From Candidatus Omnitrophota bacterium (GTDB taxonomy: Bacteria > Omnitrophota > Gorgyraeia > JABMQH01), in contig JBAWYO010000001.1 of NCBI GenBank assembly GCA_037143495.1, positions 1-40,052 on the forward strand: a stretch of DNA of 40,052 bases. The letters are read 5' to 3'. Positions 24,785 through 33,451 of the stretch are shown one piece after another. Numbering within the stretch: position 1 is the stretch's first letter; the number at the start of each line of letters is the position of its first letter. A program made the translations under genes and the position numbers. Below the pieces are notes generated by a model, which worked only from the letters and a program-made list of their open reading frames with translations, searched no databases and was not told where the DNA came from.

Positions 24785-25312
24785 ATGATGGAAAAAAATA
24801 TCCTTAGCATGGCGGCGCTTGTCTCTGCGGTTGTTTCGTTACTGACGACGGTCGTTTTAAAAATAATCGGCACCATGCTCGAGCATCGGTCGAAGATAAG
24901 TTATGAGGTAGCGAAGCGGAAACTCGATGTATATTCGGCTTTGGGGGCCCGCACCTATGAATTACGGAATAAGGCTCGCGATCTTCTCACCGAGACCGAG
25001 CCGGCGTGCCACTTAAACGATCTTGCGCTCTTTGCGGATATGGTCGAACGATACGGGACGGGATTATTCGATATCCGGATCTGTCTCGAATCCGATCACA
25101 TATTCAAGGAGGTTCATACCTATAAAGGTCTCGCGGCCTGGTTTTTGCGGTCAGCGCAGGCTTTTGAAAAACAAAAAAGTATCCGCAATGATGAAGGGGC
25201 AGCCTACCACAAAGAGGTGTTGCTGAAGCTGTATCAGAGGATCGACGCCGCATATACCCTCATCGTCCAGCGGATCGTGACCATAGAAAGCAGTCTGAAG
25301 GATCTATCATAA
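24785..25312 (+). CDS. hypothetical protein with N-terminal transmembrane helix
   Basis: GGAGAG RBS before the ATGATG at 24785. SMAALVSAVVSLLTTVVLKIIG is followed by a helical domain. Confidence 0.5.
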   Translation: MMEKNILSMAALVSAVVSLLTTVVLKIIGTMLEHRSKISYEVAKRKLDVYSALGARTYELRNKARDLLTETEPACHLNDLALFADMVERYGTGLFDIRICLESDHIFKEVHTYKGLAAWFLRSAQAFEKQKSIRNDEGAAYHKEVLLKLYQRIDAAYTLIVQRIVTIESSLKDLS

Positions 25313-25320
25313 GAATATCG

Positions 25321-25388
25321 GTGTAGTGTCCTACCCGGGTACACCCTGGATATAGAGTAGGGTGTACCCAAATAGGACGTCTGTACAT
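25321..25388 (+). repeat. compact palindromic copy of repeat family 1
   Basis: Inner stem GGTACACCCT/AGGGTGTACC is perfect and the outer arms are imperfect. Starts 9 nt after the stop at 25312. Confidence 0.85.
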
Positions 25389-25416
25389 CTATGAGTAAGC
25401 GGGAGAGAAGCTATTG

Positions 25417-25450
25417 ACCCTGGTCCGCAGCATCGATCAGGGTTTTTTTT
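25417..25450 (+). terminator. hairpin ACCCTGgTC/GAtCAGGGT followed by T8
   Basis: Stem-loop plus an eight-T run downstream of CDS 24785..25312. Confidence 0.55.
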
Positions 25451-25524
25451 GCGGAACATAAAATAGCTTTTTGCGTGGTTGCTATTCCGGGTTATTTTTG
25501 TGATAATAATACAGAGGAAAAGAC

Positions 25525-26268
25525 ATGATCATAAAAGACCGGCGCATAGCCGACAAAGATCTTCATAATGCATATCAGCTGGCATATTACGAGAACCAGT
25601 ATAAACCCAATATGCAGCCCACCGAAACGCCGTATATACTCCGCCACATTGACAAGATGATCCGGTATGCAAATCTGGAGAAGACGCATGCTATTTTGGA
25701 GGTCGGCGCCGGGTTGGGGCGCTGCAGCCTGCCACTCCTGGCGCGAGGATATAAACTTACCTGCATTGATATATCGCATAAGATGCTCGAAGCGCTTAAA
25801 ATGAAAACGGATGGTTATGACGTCCGGGTAAGAACGATGGATATCGCTGCGGCGGATATGCAACTTGCTGATAAGTTCGATCGTATTATAGGTTTTTTTA
25901 CCTTGCATCACGTGCACGATATCGCGGCATGTTTTCGCAATCTTGCTCAGATCGCGAAACCCGGAGCGGTTATCGCTTTTTGCGAACCCAGGGCATACAA
26001 TCCGCTCTTTTATGTACAGATAGCCGTTACAAAAAATATGACGTGGAAAGGTGACAAGGGTATTGTCAACATGCGGCCGTCGTATGTGTTGTCGGCAATG
26101 GAAAAAGCGGGGTTCTGTGATCTGCGCAGTATATCGTATGGTTTTTTCCCGAGTTTCCTTACGAACACAACACCGGGAGAGAAGATCGAAGACGCGCTGG
26201 AAAAAATCCCGGCCCTGCGCTGGGCGCACGCATTCCAGATTTTTCTTTGCCGGATGCCGGTACCATGA
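25525..26268 (+). CDS. class I SAM-dependent methyltransferase
   Basis: ILEVGAGLGRCSLPLLARGYKLTCIDIS (motif I/post-I) and FDRIIGFFTLHHV. The antisense ORF 25492..26229 is rejected. Confidence 0.8.
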   Translation: MIIKDRRIADKDLHNAYQLAYYENQYKPNMQPTETPYILRHIDKMIRYANLEKTHAILEVGAGLGRCSLPLLARGYKLTCIDISHKMLEALKMKTDGYDVRVRTMDIAAADMQLADKFDRIIGFFTLHHVHDIAACFRNLAQIAKPGAVIAFCEPRAYNPLFYVQIAVTKNMTWKGDKGIVNMRPSYVLSAMEKAGFCDLRSISYGFFPSFLTNTTPGEKIEDALEKIPALRWAHAFQIFLCRMPVP

Positions 26269-27119
26269 TCAGCCCTGTATGGGCCTGCCATCGCTGCCGG
26301 ACGGCACTTCAAAAAATCAGGGATTCTTTTGCGTGCCCGCGGTGCGGATTTGAAATGAGCGTTAAGGCGGGCTATTTTGACGCGGGAGACCCGCTCAAGA
26401 TCAGTTTTCCGGCCGAACGCAGGGATCATCTCGCCGCTATAGAACGAGAACATTTCTGGTTTTCCCCCCGGGACACGCTCCTGGCGGAGATCCTTAACAG
26501 GATCGCTCCGCCCGCCAGGCGCATCGTCGAACTTGGCTGCGGGACAGGAAGGTTTATTTCGATCCTGCAGGGTCCGGCGGAATTAATCATGGGCGTAGAC
26601 GCATTTGAAAATTCTATCCAGGCTGCGGCTTCAACGGGAAAAGAAGCGGTATGGTTGCGGGGGGACCTTTGCGCTATGCCGGTGGCGGATGAGTCATTTG
26701 ACGTCGCGGTTTCCATGGATGTACTGGAACATGTTGAGCCAGGCCCTTTTCTGAGCGAGGCTCGGCGGATCGTACATAACGACGGCCTCTTACTGCTGAG
26801 CGTGCCCGCGGGGCGTTTTCTTTGGAGCGATGCCGATACAGCAGCGGGTCATCGGTGCAGATATACCGTAAAAATGCTCTCCGGGGAATTGACCATGAAC
26901 GGCTGGCGTATGCTCGGATATACCTATTATCAGTTCTTCTTGTATCCGCTGATGATGCTGAGCCGCGCAGTGCTTAAAGCCAAGGTTCGTGCCGAACGGC
27001 ATCCGCCCGTGTCATTAAACCGTTTTTTCAGGGCAGTCAACACGGCTGAGGTGCGTTTATTCTCACGGGCGTGCCTGCCTTTCGGTTCAAGCCTGGTAAT
27101 GTGGGCAAAAAAAGCATGA
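26265..27119 (+). CDS. class I SAM-dependent methyltransferase with N-terminal zinc-ribbon
   Basis: CHRC..x..CPRC ribbon, IVELGCGTGRF, FDVAVSMDVLEHV. ATGA start/stop overlap with the upstream gene. Confidence 0.8.
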   Translation: MISPVWACHRCRTALQKIRDSFACPRCGFEMSVKAGYFDAGDPLKISFPAERRDHLAAIEREHFWFSPRDTLLAEILNRIAPPARRIVELGCGTGRFISILQGPAELIMGVDAFENSIQAAASTGKEAVWLRGDLCAMPVADESFDVAVSMDVLEHVEPGPFLSEARRIVHNDGLLLLSVPAGRFLWSDADTAAGHRCRYTVKMLSGELTMNGWRMLGYTYYQFFLYPLMMLSRAVLKAKVRAERHPPVSLNRFFRAVNTAEVRLFSRACLPFGSSLVMWAKKA

Positions 27120-27931
27120 CACGGCAAAGAGATATAAAACTTATATTGTTCGAGAATGAGCCTTCCTCGGTTACGCGCGCGTTGCACGCGGAGATCACTG
27201 ATTTTATGACCGATTGGGAATACCGGGGCAAAGAGATCCGCCAATCAGGCCATGACACGGAGATCAACAAGGGTACGCTATCGGAACTGGCGGCGGTCTC
27301 CGCTATGCCCGGCGCGACTTCCTGGTGCAGGTTGAACGGCCTTGGTCCCTGGACCAGGGGAGAGGTCGCGGCGGCTCTCGCCGCAGGCGTCTCCGTCCTG
27401 CTTCTGCCCATGGTTACGTCGGCCGACGAGGTGGAAACCTTTCTTGAATATGTTGACGGACGATGCAGGGCGGGAGTGATCATTGAGACCCGTGAGGCCT
27501 GCCGATGCGCTGCTGAGATCGCTGAGTATCCGCTTGATGCGGTGTATGTAGGCTTAAATGACCTGATGATCAGTCTGGGGAAGAGATCTATTTTTTCGGC
27601 TCTGGCATCCGGATTGGTTGAAGAAGTACGCGCGTGCTTTGATGTGCCGCTCTTCGGCTTAGGCGGCCTGACCGTACTGGATAAAGGACGGCCGTTACCA
27701 TGCCGGTTCTTTATCCAGGAGATGTCCCGCCTGGGTTGCACCATGACATTCTTAAGAAGGTCATACAAACATGATATCGCCGGCAGGGATATCCCGTCCG
27801 AGGTGCAGCGGGTCCAGGCGTATTGGCAGGAGCTGTCCCGAAGAACAGGCGAAGAGGTCGCGCGGGACCACCGGCGCTTTCTTGCAGCTGCGGGAGAAAT
27901 AGAGGCGAGTCATACAAGGGTAACTATTTAA
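27116..27931 (+). CDS. HpcH/HpaI aldolase / citrate-lyase-beta-like family protein
   Basis: AAGVSVLLLPMVTSADEVE and IIETREA...AEYPLDAVYVGLNDLMISLG fit the family pattern. ATGA overlap with the upstream gene. Confidence 0.55.
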   Translation: MTRQRDIKLILFENEPSSVTRALHAEITDFMTDWEYRGKEIRQSGHDTEINKGTLSELAAVSAMPGATSWCRLNGLGPWTRGEVAAALAAGVSVLLLPMVTSADEVETFLEYVDGRCRAGVIIETREACRCAAEIAEYPLDAVYVGLNDLMISLGKRSIFSALASGLVEEVRACFDVPLFGLGGLTVLDKGRPLPCRFFIQEMSRLGCTMTFLRRSYKHDIAGRDIPSEVQRVQAYWQELSRRTGEEVARDHRRFLAAAGEIEASHTRVTI

Positions 27932-28926
27932 TGGCATCTTCTTGTTTATGGCGCGGGAAAAGAGTGCTGGTAACCGGAGGCACCGGTTTTATCGGAGCAA
28001 ACCTGCTACGCCGTCTCTTAGCGGAAGGGGCACATGTTTCTGCGCTGATTCGTCATGCGGAGAGCGCCTGGCGGCTGAAAAGTATTCTTCATGAGATAGA
28101 TATCCTGCCAGGAGATATCTCCCGCCCGGAAGATGTCGAAAATGCCGTAACTGCATCGCGCCCCGGTGTTATTTTCCACCTTGCGACTGCGCGCTCGATC
28201 GAGGCCGTAGAGAATTTACCTTTATTTATCTCCACCAATGTGCTGGGCGCGTCCAATCTTATCCTCTCGGCAAAGAGGGCGGGCATCAAAGCGGTCGTCT
28301 ATACCGGAAGCCAACTTGAATACGGGCACAGCGCATCGGCTCACGTTGAAACGGATCGACTTTCACCGTACACATTGCACGGCGTGACAAAAGCCGCGGC
28401 GACCATGTCTTTTCAGGGTGTTGCGCGACAGATCGGATTTCCTGTCGTGATCCTTCGCCTGTTCCATGTGTACGGCCCGTGGGAATCACCGCAGCGTTTT
28501 ATACCTACGTTGATCGCGGCGGCGCTCAAAGGTGAAACGGTAGCTATGACAGAAAAAGGGTTCAGGCGCGACTACATTTACATAGATGATGTCATCGAAG
28601 CCCTTCTCATCGCCGCGCGCCGTCCCGATCTAAAAGGCGAAGTCTTTAATATCGCCAGCGGCAGGCAGGTCTTAAATGAAGAGGTCGCGGCGATCGTTGA
28701 GCGATGTATCGGGAAAGAGATCGATAGTACATGCGGCGCGTATGCCGCGCATCTTACCGATACCGGTTTCAGGGTAGCGGATATCCGTAAAGCCAGATCC
28801 GTGCTTGGCTGGGAACCAAAAGTCGATCTCGATAGCGGAATAAAAGCAACCATAGATTGGTTATCGCCGGCACGAAATTATCCCGATCGAGCTGGTCTTA
28901 TATCAAAATACGGGTTACGAGCATAA
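27931..28926 (+). CDS. NAD-dependent epimerase/dehydratase family protein
   Basis: VLVTGGTGFIGANLLRRLL Rossmann motif and SDR-extended layout. TAATG overlap with the upstream stop. Confidence 0.85.
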   Translation: MASSCLWRGKRVLVTGGTGFIGANLLRRLLAEGAHVSALIRHAESAWRLKSILHEIDILPGDISRPEDVENAVTASRPGVIFHLATARSIEAVENLPLFISTNVLGASNLILSAKRAGIKAVVYTGSQLEYGHSASAHVETDRLSPYTLHGVTKAAATMSFQGVARQIGFPVVILRLFHVYGPWESPQRFIPTLIAAALKGETVAMTEKGFRRDYIYIDDVIEALLIAARRPDLKGEVFNIASGRQVLNEEVAAIVERCIGKEIDSTCGAYAAHLTDTGFRVADIRKARSVLGWEPKVDLDSGIKATIDWLSPARNYPDRAGLISKYGLRA

Positions 28927-28932
28927 AAAACG

Positions 28933-29682
28933 ATGGTTTCTATAATCCTCCCGGTATTTAAAACATCAGTTTTTCTCGAACAGTTGATTGATGAGATACA
29001 TCATTCGCTGGACGCGGCGCGCTATGAGCATGAGATCGTCGCTGTGCATGACCGTTGTCCCGAAGGGTCATTAGCTGAACTGGAGAAGATAGCGGCGCGT
29101 GACAACCGCCTCATCGTTATAGACCTTAAGCTGAATGTCGGGCAGCATAAAGCCGTGTTGACAGGTATGGCCTATTCTCGCGGTGACTGGATCGGGGTGA
29201 TGGATGCTGATCGACAGGATCAACCGGAGCTTCTTCCTCTGATGCTCACGATGGCTCGACGAGAAAACGCCGTAGTCTTTGCCGGGCGTAGGGGGCAGTA
29301 TGAGTCGCCGGCCAGGCTTGTCACTTCAAAGATATTCAAACATACGCTCGCGGCGGTCATAGCCATCCCCGCAGACGCAGGCATGTTTTTTGTCATGCCC
29401 GGGATAGCGCGGGATAGTATCCTGAATATGCGTATCGCTAAGCCGTTTGTTACCGTGATGATCGGCGCGTTGCCCCTTCGTAAATTAAGTTATCCAGCGC
29501 CGAGAAGAAAAAGAGAGGCCGGCAGGAGCGGTTATTCTTCATTGCAAAGAGTATGTATAGGGCTAGGGGCAGTCGTTTGCGCGTTACAATGCCGGTTTCA
29601 TATCTGCCGCAGGGGAAAGCCGGATTATACGGATCATGTGCGCGCCGTCACCGGTAAAAATCGAAACGGTTCTTTGGCATGA
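28933..29682 (+). CDS. glycosyltransferase family 2
   Basis: SIILPVFK start, VHDRCPEGS, VMDADRQD (DxD-type). Confidence 0.8.
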   Translation: MVSIILPVFKTSVFLEQLIDEIHHSLDAARYEHEIVAVHDRCPEGSLAELEKIAARDNRLIVIDLKLNVGQHKAVLTGMAYSRGDWIGVMDADRQDQPELLPLMLTMARRENAVVFAGRRGQYESPARLVTSKIFKHTLAAVIAIPADAGMFFVMPGIARDSILNMRIAKPFVTVMIGALPLRKLSYPAPRRKREAGRSGYSSLQRVCIGLGAVVCALQCRFHICRRGKPDYTDHVRAVTGKNRNGSLA

Positions 29683-31175
29683 ACATGGACATTAAAAAGA
29701 TCGATTCTTTACCGGCGGTGATTATCATGGTCACGGTCTTATCAGTGATCAAGGCCTTTTTCGGCATCATCGCGCTCGGGTTTAACGGTGATTTTTTCTG
29801 GTGTTTGCAGGTTTTGAACCGCATGGATCACGGCCAGATGATCTATCGCGATATATTTTTGGGCGTGACCCCGCTTTCCATGTATGTCTTACGCGCGCTT
29901 GCGGCATCGGGGCCCGGAGCCGAAAGCATCTGTATAGTACTCGTGAACATGCTCAGCCAGATAGGGACCGTTGTTTTGTGCCTGCTGCTGGCGCGGTATT
30001 TTAAATTTAAACATTTGTTCTTGCTGGCCGCAGCTATAGTATATCTTACCGATGTCTGGCTTTGTCCGCCGTATACGCCCCTCGCGATGATGTTTTTGGT
30101 TTTCATTTGTCTTTACATGATACAACAGCTTCAGGACGCCCCCGCCGATAATCGAAGACAATGTGTTCGCCTGTTTTTACTCGGTTCGCTCACCGGCCTG
30201 TGTTTTTGCAGTAAACAGAATATCGGCATGTATGTTTTTGCCGCTGTGCTTACCTGTTACTTCTATTTTCATCGGGAGGAAACGGTGGCTTCCCGGTCTT
30301 ATCGCATGATACCGGTCGTTCTTGGTTTTGCGGCGATCTCTTCACTTTTTTTAGCGCCTATTTTTTTTACCGGAGCATTGAAGGGCTTCCTCGATTATTG
30401 TTTTATCGGAAAATCAAACTATCTCTTTTCAGGGATCTCATATGTCCATAGTTTATTTTTATGCAAAAGCCCTCACTATCTGGTAATACTGTGCCTGCCG
30501 ATGGTTTGTTTTTCAACATCTCTATGGTGGTGGAAAGTGCGACCACCCGACAGAAATAAGATCGTAACGCTTTTCTGGTTCGCTGTAGCGGCAACAGCGA
30601 ACGCTTTTCCCCGGGGCGATATCTGGCATTTAAATTGCGCCGTCCCGTTATTAGTAACCGTATTCATTCTCTCCGTATCCGGGATTTTGCCGGCCGTGAA
30701 TCTCGTCCGCCTTAATGTGCCTGTCGCGATCTTGCTGATAGCGCTATCCGTATTCCCGCAGCGGGAAGGATTATATAGCTTTATACGCGCAGAGACAACC
30801 GTGAGTAAAGCGCGGTACATAAAATGGCTTGTAGTAAAAAAAGAGATGACCGGGGAATTGGAGCGATTACGTGCGGAGATCCCCGGTGGGGATCGAGAGC
30901 GCACCTTATTTTTATTTACGAATGCGGCTAAAGCGTATTTAGCAACGGATGTTATGAACCCGACGCCGTACGATTATCCTTTATCCAGTGCGTTCGGAAG
31001 AACCGGCGAGGCAGAGATCATGAAGCGTATTAAAAAAGGAGATATCCGGTATGTCATATTGGAGGATTGTGATGTCCCCTTGCGCTTGACGCCGTGGTCA
31101 CTCCATAATTTTGTTACGCGCACGATGAAACAGGTTTCGAAACATGGCCGGTATCGCCTTTTTGCCCTTAAATAA
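29679..31175 (+). CDS. polytopic membrane protein, possibly GT-C-type glycosyltransferase (ArnT/PMT-like)
   Basis: 498 aa with more than 10 hydrophobic segments and a soluble C-terminal domain. ATGA overlap with GT2. The family call is contextual only. Confidence 0.5.
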   Translation: MNMDIKKIDSLPAVIIMVTVLSVIKAFFGIIALGFNGDFFWCLQVLNRMDHGQMIYRDIFLGVTPLSMYVLRALAASGPGAESICIVLVNMLSQIGTVVLCLLLARYFKFKHLFLLAAAIVYLTDVWLCPPYTPLAMMFLVFICLYMIQQLQDAPADNRRQCVRLFLLGSLTGLCFCSKQNIGMYVFAAVLTCYFYFHREETVASRSYRMIPVVLGFAAISSLFLAPIFFTGALKGFLDYCFIGKSNYLFSGISYVHSLFLCKSPHYLVILCLPMVCFSTSLWWWKVRPPDRNKIVTLFWFAVAATANAFPRGDIWHLNCAVPLLVTVFILSVSGILPAVNLVRLNVPVAILLIALSVFPQREGLYSFIRAETTVSKARYIKWLVVKKEMTGELERLRAEIPGGDRERTLFLFTNAAKAYLATDVMNPTPYDYPLSSAFGRTGEAEIMKRIKKGDIRYVILEDCDVPLRLTPWSLHNFVTRTMKQVSKHGRYRLFALK

Positions 31176-31296
31176 AAACAGTTTTACATAACGTTTTTGA
31201 TTGTTGTGCGCGCCCGGGAGGTATATAATAGGCTCTATCGTCAGCTAGGAAGCGGCAGCGTATGTATTCGACAAATAGGAATGCGCATCACCGATA

Positions 31297-31320
31297 AAGC
31301 CGGGTCAGCACCCGGCTTTT
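31297..31320 (+). terminator. hairpin AAGCCGGGT/ACCCGGCTT + TT
   Basis: 9-bp GC-rich stem, 4-nt loop and T-run, about 120 nt after the glycan operon. Confidence 0.5.
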
Positions 31321-31381
31321 GTGCCGCGAAGAACGGTAGTAGCACAAGCGTGTCGATCTATAGCTGGGCGTACGAATACAT

Positions 31382-31403
31382 ACTACAATATGTATATTGT
31401 AGT
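31382..31403. promoter_or_regulatory. perfect 10-bp inverted repeat ACTACAATAT-GT-ATATTGTAGT (operator-like)
   Basis: Read directly. Lies about 55 nt upstream of the small ORF at 31460. Confidence 0.4.
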
Positions 31404-31459
31404 TTACAACCGGGAGGGGATACATGGTTCAGGAAAAGCAAAATAAAGGAGAGGTGCTC

Positions 31460-31588
31460 ATGTCGACAACAATGGAAACAACATGCCCTGTGGAGCCAAA
31501 GTCACACAAAGTCGCGATCCTGGTCATTTTAGGGTTCATCGTTTGGGCGTGCGTCATCGTTTACGCGATATACGCTTCGACCCGGTAA
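31460..31588 (+). CDS. possible 42-aa small membrane protein
   Basis: AAGGAGAGG RBS. MSTTMETTCPVEPKSHKVAILVILGFIVWACVIVYAIYASTR has one TM helix. Below the ORF-track size cut-off and unverified. Confidence 0.35.
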   Translation: MSTTMETTCPVEPKSHKVAILVILGFIVWACVIVYAIYASTR

Positions 31589-31626
31589 GGAAGAGACACG
31601 AACGGCACCGACGATAAGTAGTAAAA

Positions 31627-31733
31627 AATACCTCCCGTTTTCGTCTATCGCGGAAAAGGGGGGTATTTTTATGAGCAAAAGTAAGCTAACGCGCGAGGAA
31701 GTGCTGGACAACTTGGGTAAATTGCGTTACTTT
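31627..31733 (+). repeat. hairpin + promoter-like box module of repeat family 1 (no arms)
   Basis: AATACCTCCCGTTTTC..GAAAAGGGGGGTATT + TTTTATG, then GAGGAAGTGCTGGACAA with TGGACA 31705-31710, N17, TACTTT 31728-31733. Confidence 0.75.
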
Positions 31734-31759
31734 TAAAGATATGGAGGCTGCGGAAAATC

Positions 31760-32161
31760 ATGAAATATTGTCCTGCCTGTAAGACTGAGTACGAGGATTG
31801 GGTCGAGAAGTGCGCGGAGTGTTCAGGGCCGCTGGGCAGTCTGCCGCCGCCGGCTCCTCCTGAACCGCCCCAAGAGTATGTCGCGTATCGCGAGCTTCTG
31901 CAGACCTATAACTCGTCGGATGTCGCGTTCATAAAAACGCTCCTGGAATCTAACGATATCCTGTTCTGCGTGGAAGGAGAAAATTTTATGACGCTGAATC
32001 CGGGCGCTTTGCCGGCCCGGGTGATGGTTAATGCGGATCAGTATGAGAGCGCGAAAGAACTTCTGGGCGATTTCAGCGGCAGATATACCTCCTTTTCCTG
32101 CGAAGAGAAAGAGAAGCCGTCGGAAGCCGATGATGCCGGGAAGGGGAATGCCCTCCCATGA
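31760..32161 (+). CDS. DUF2007-like protein with N-terminal zinc ribbon
   Basis: CPACKTEYEDWVEKCAEC ribbon. C-terminal SSDVAFIKTLLESNDILFCVEGENF...VMVNADQYESAKELL resembles DUF2007. Confidence 0.55.
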   Translation: MKYCPACKTEYEDWVEKCAECSGPLGSLPPPAPPEPPQEYVAYRELLQTYNSSDVAFIKTLLESNDILFCVEGENFMTLNPGALPARVMVNADQYESAKELLGDFSGRYTSFSCEEKEKPSEADDAGKGNALP

Positions 32162-32823
32162 ACATTATCGCGATCAACGGCGGGCCGCGGAAAAAATGGA
32201 ATACGGCAACGCTCCTGGGGAAAGCGCTCGAAGGCGCCAAGGCGCAGGGGGCCGCGACCGAACTGATCCATCTCTACGACCTGAACTATAAAGGATGCAT
32301 CAGCTGTTTCGCCTGCAAGGAAAAAGACGGCAAGAATTATGGCCGGTGTGTCGTCAGGGATGACCTGCGGCCGGTCTTTCAGCGGATCGAAAAAGCCGAC
32401 GCGCTGATCTTCGGGTCGCCGATCTATCTGGGGAGCGTTACCGGCCAGATACAATCATTCCTCGAGCGGCTCGTATTCCCCTATCTCATGTATACCGATC
32501 CGCCAGGGTCGCTCTTCCCCCGGAAGATCACGGCAGGATTTATTTATACGATGGGCCTCACCGAAGAATTGACGTCCAAATTCGGCTATGATCAGCGGTT
32601 TGAGGGTATGGAACGACTGCTGACGAGGATCTTCGGCGCGAGCGAGAAGCTTTTAAGTTTCGACACCTATCAATTCGAGGATTACACGAAAGTCGTTGCC
32701 CCCCGCTTTAACCCCGAGGAAAAACTAAAACGGCGGCAGGAGATATTCCCGCAGGATTGCCGGAAAGCTTTTGAGATGGGAAAACGGCTTGCCGGGGGAG
32801 CTGCGGAGGCCATGCCCGGGTAG
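32158..32823 (+). CDS. flavodoxin-like NAD(P)H-dependent FMN reductase family protein
   Basis: MNIIAINGGPRKKWNT..., CISCFACK, ADALIFGSPIYLGSVTG. ATGA overlap with the upstream gene. Confidence 0.7.
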   Translation: MNIIAINGGPRKKWNTATLLGKALEGAKAQGAATELIHLYDLNYKGCISCFACKEKDGKNYGRCVVRDDLRPVFQRIEKADALIFGSPIYLGSVTGQIQSFLERLVFPYLMYTDPPGSLFPRKITAGFIYTMGLTEELTSKFGYDQRFEGMERLLTRIFGASEKLLSFDTYQFEDYTKVVAPRFNPEEKLKRRQEIFPQDCRKAFEMGKRLAGGAAEAMPG

Positions 32824-32855
32824 ACTACACACGTACCACCTTACAAGAGCGGAAT

Positions 32856-32897
32856 AAGAATACCTCTTTTGACGTACGCCAAAAGAGGTATTCTTGT
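32856..32897 (+). terminator. hairpin AAGAATACCTCTTTT/AAAAGAGGTATTCTT
   Basis: 15-bp perfect stem and 10-nt loop, 33 nt after the stop at 32823. The stem sequence is related to the family 1 hairpins. Confidence 0.5.
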
Positions 32898-32914
32898 CAG
32901 CGGAGGGAAAATAC

Positions 32915-32943
32915 TTGACAAGTTAATAGTTGTATGGTTAACT
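32915..32943 (+). promoter_or_regulatory. TTGACA-N17-TTAACT promoter with overlapping inverted repeat AGTTAA-N11-TTAACT (candidate MarR operator)
   Basis: Read directly, 26 nt upstream of the marR-family ATG. Confidence 0.5.
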
Positions 32944-32968
32944 AATTGTGCCGACAGGAGGAGGCATC

Positions 32969-33451
32969 ATGAGCATACTTCGTGAAGTAGGGATCAAGGA
33001 CGCCGGGGACCGGCTCAATGACGAGCTTGTCTACTGCATCGGGCGGGCGTATCTGACCATTGAGGCGCATATCGCCCATGGCCTTGCCAGCCACGCTCTC
33101 AGCTCAGCGAAATTTAATATCCTGATGATGGTAAAACACGCCGGGAAGGGCGCGGGCATTTCGCAGAACGAGCTATCCCGGTTACTGCTGGTCACGACCT
33201 CAAATACAACACGCATGATCGACCGGCTCGAGCGGGAGGGGCTTATTGCGCGGTCGTCCCATCCGCGTGACCGCAGAGTTAAGGTGATCACCGTTACCCG
33301 GAAGGGGTCCAGCGTGCTCGACGCGGCATGGCCGGCGTACATGCAGGTCGTCGATGAGCTTTTTGGCAGGCATCTGAGCGCGGCTGAAAAAAAGAAGGTG
33401 ATTGCCCTGCTCGCCCGTTTACTGGCTGGTATAGGAGGCGCGGATAAATGA
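32969..33451 (+). CDS. MarR family transcriptional regulator
   Basis: ISQNELSRLLLVTTSNTTRMIDRLEREGLIARSSHPRDRRVKVITVTRKG winged-helix signature. GGAGGAGG RBS. Confidence 0.85.
   Translation: MSILREVGIKDAGDRLNDELVYCIGRAYLTIEAHIAHGLASHALSSAKFNILMMVKHAGKGAGISQNELSRLLLVTTSNTTRMIDRLEREGLIARSSHPRDRRVKVITVTRKGSSVLDAAWPAYMQVVDELFGRHLSAAEKKKVIALLARLLAGIGGADK

Noticed and set aside
23589-27119. Restriction-modification system (PD-(D/E)xK nuclease plus the downstream methyltransferases)
   Set aside because: The methyltransferases at 25525 and 26265 lack DNA-MTase signatures such as (D/N)PP(Y/F) or the C5 PC motif. They are separated from the nuclease by another gene, a repeat and a terminator, and they are translationally coupled to glycan-biosynthesis genes.
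31197-31532. 111-aa + strand ORF in the spacer after the glycan operon
   Set aside because: It starts at a non-ATG codon with no RBS, runs across a clear terminator hairpin (31297-31320) and a palindrome, and has a low-complexity translation. The short RBS-preceded ORF at 31460 in another frame is more plausible.
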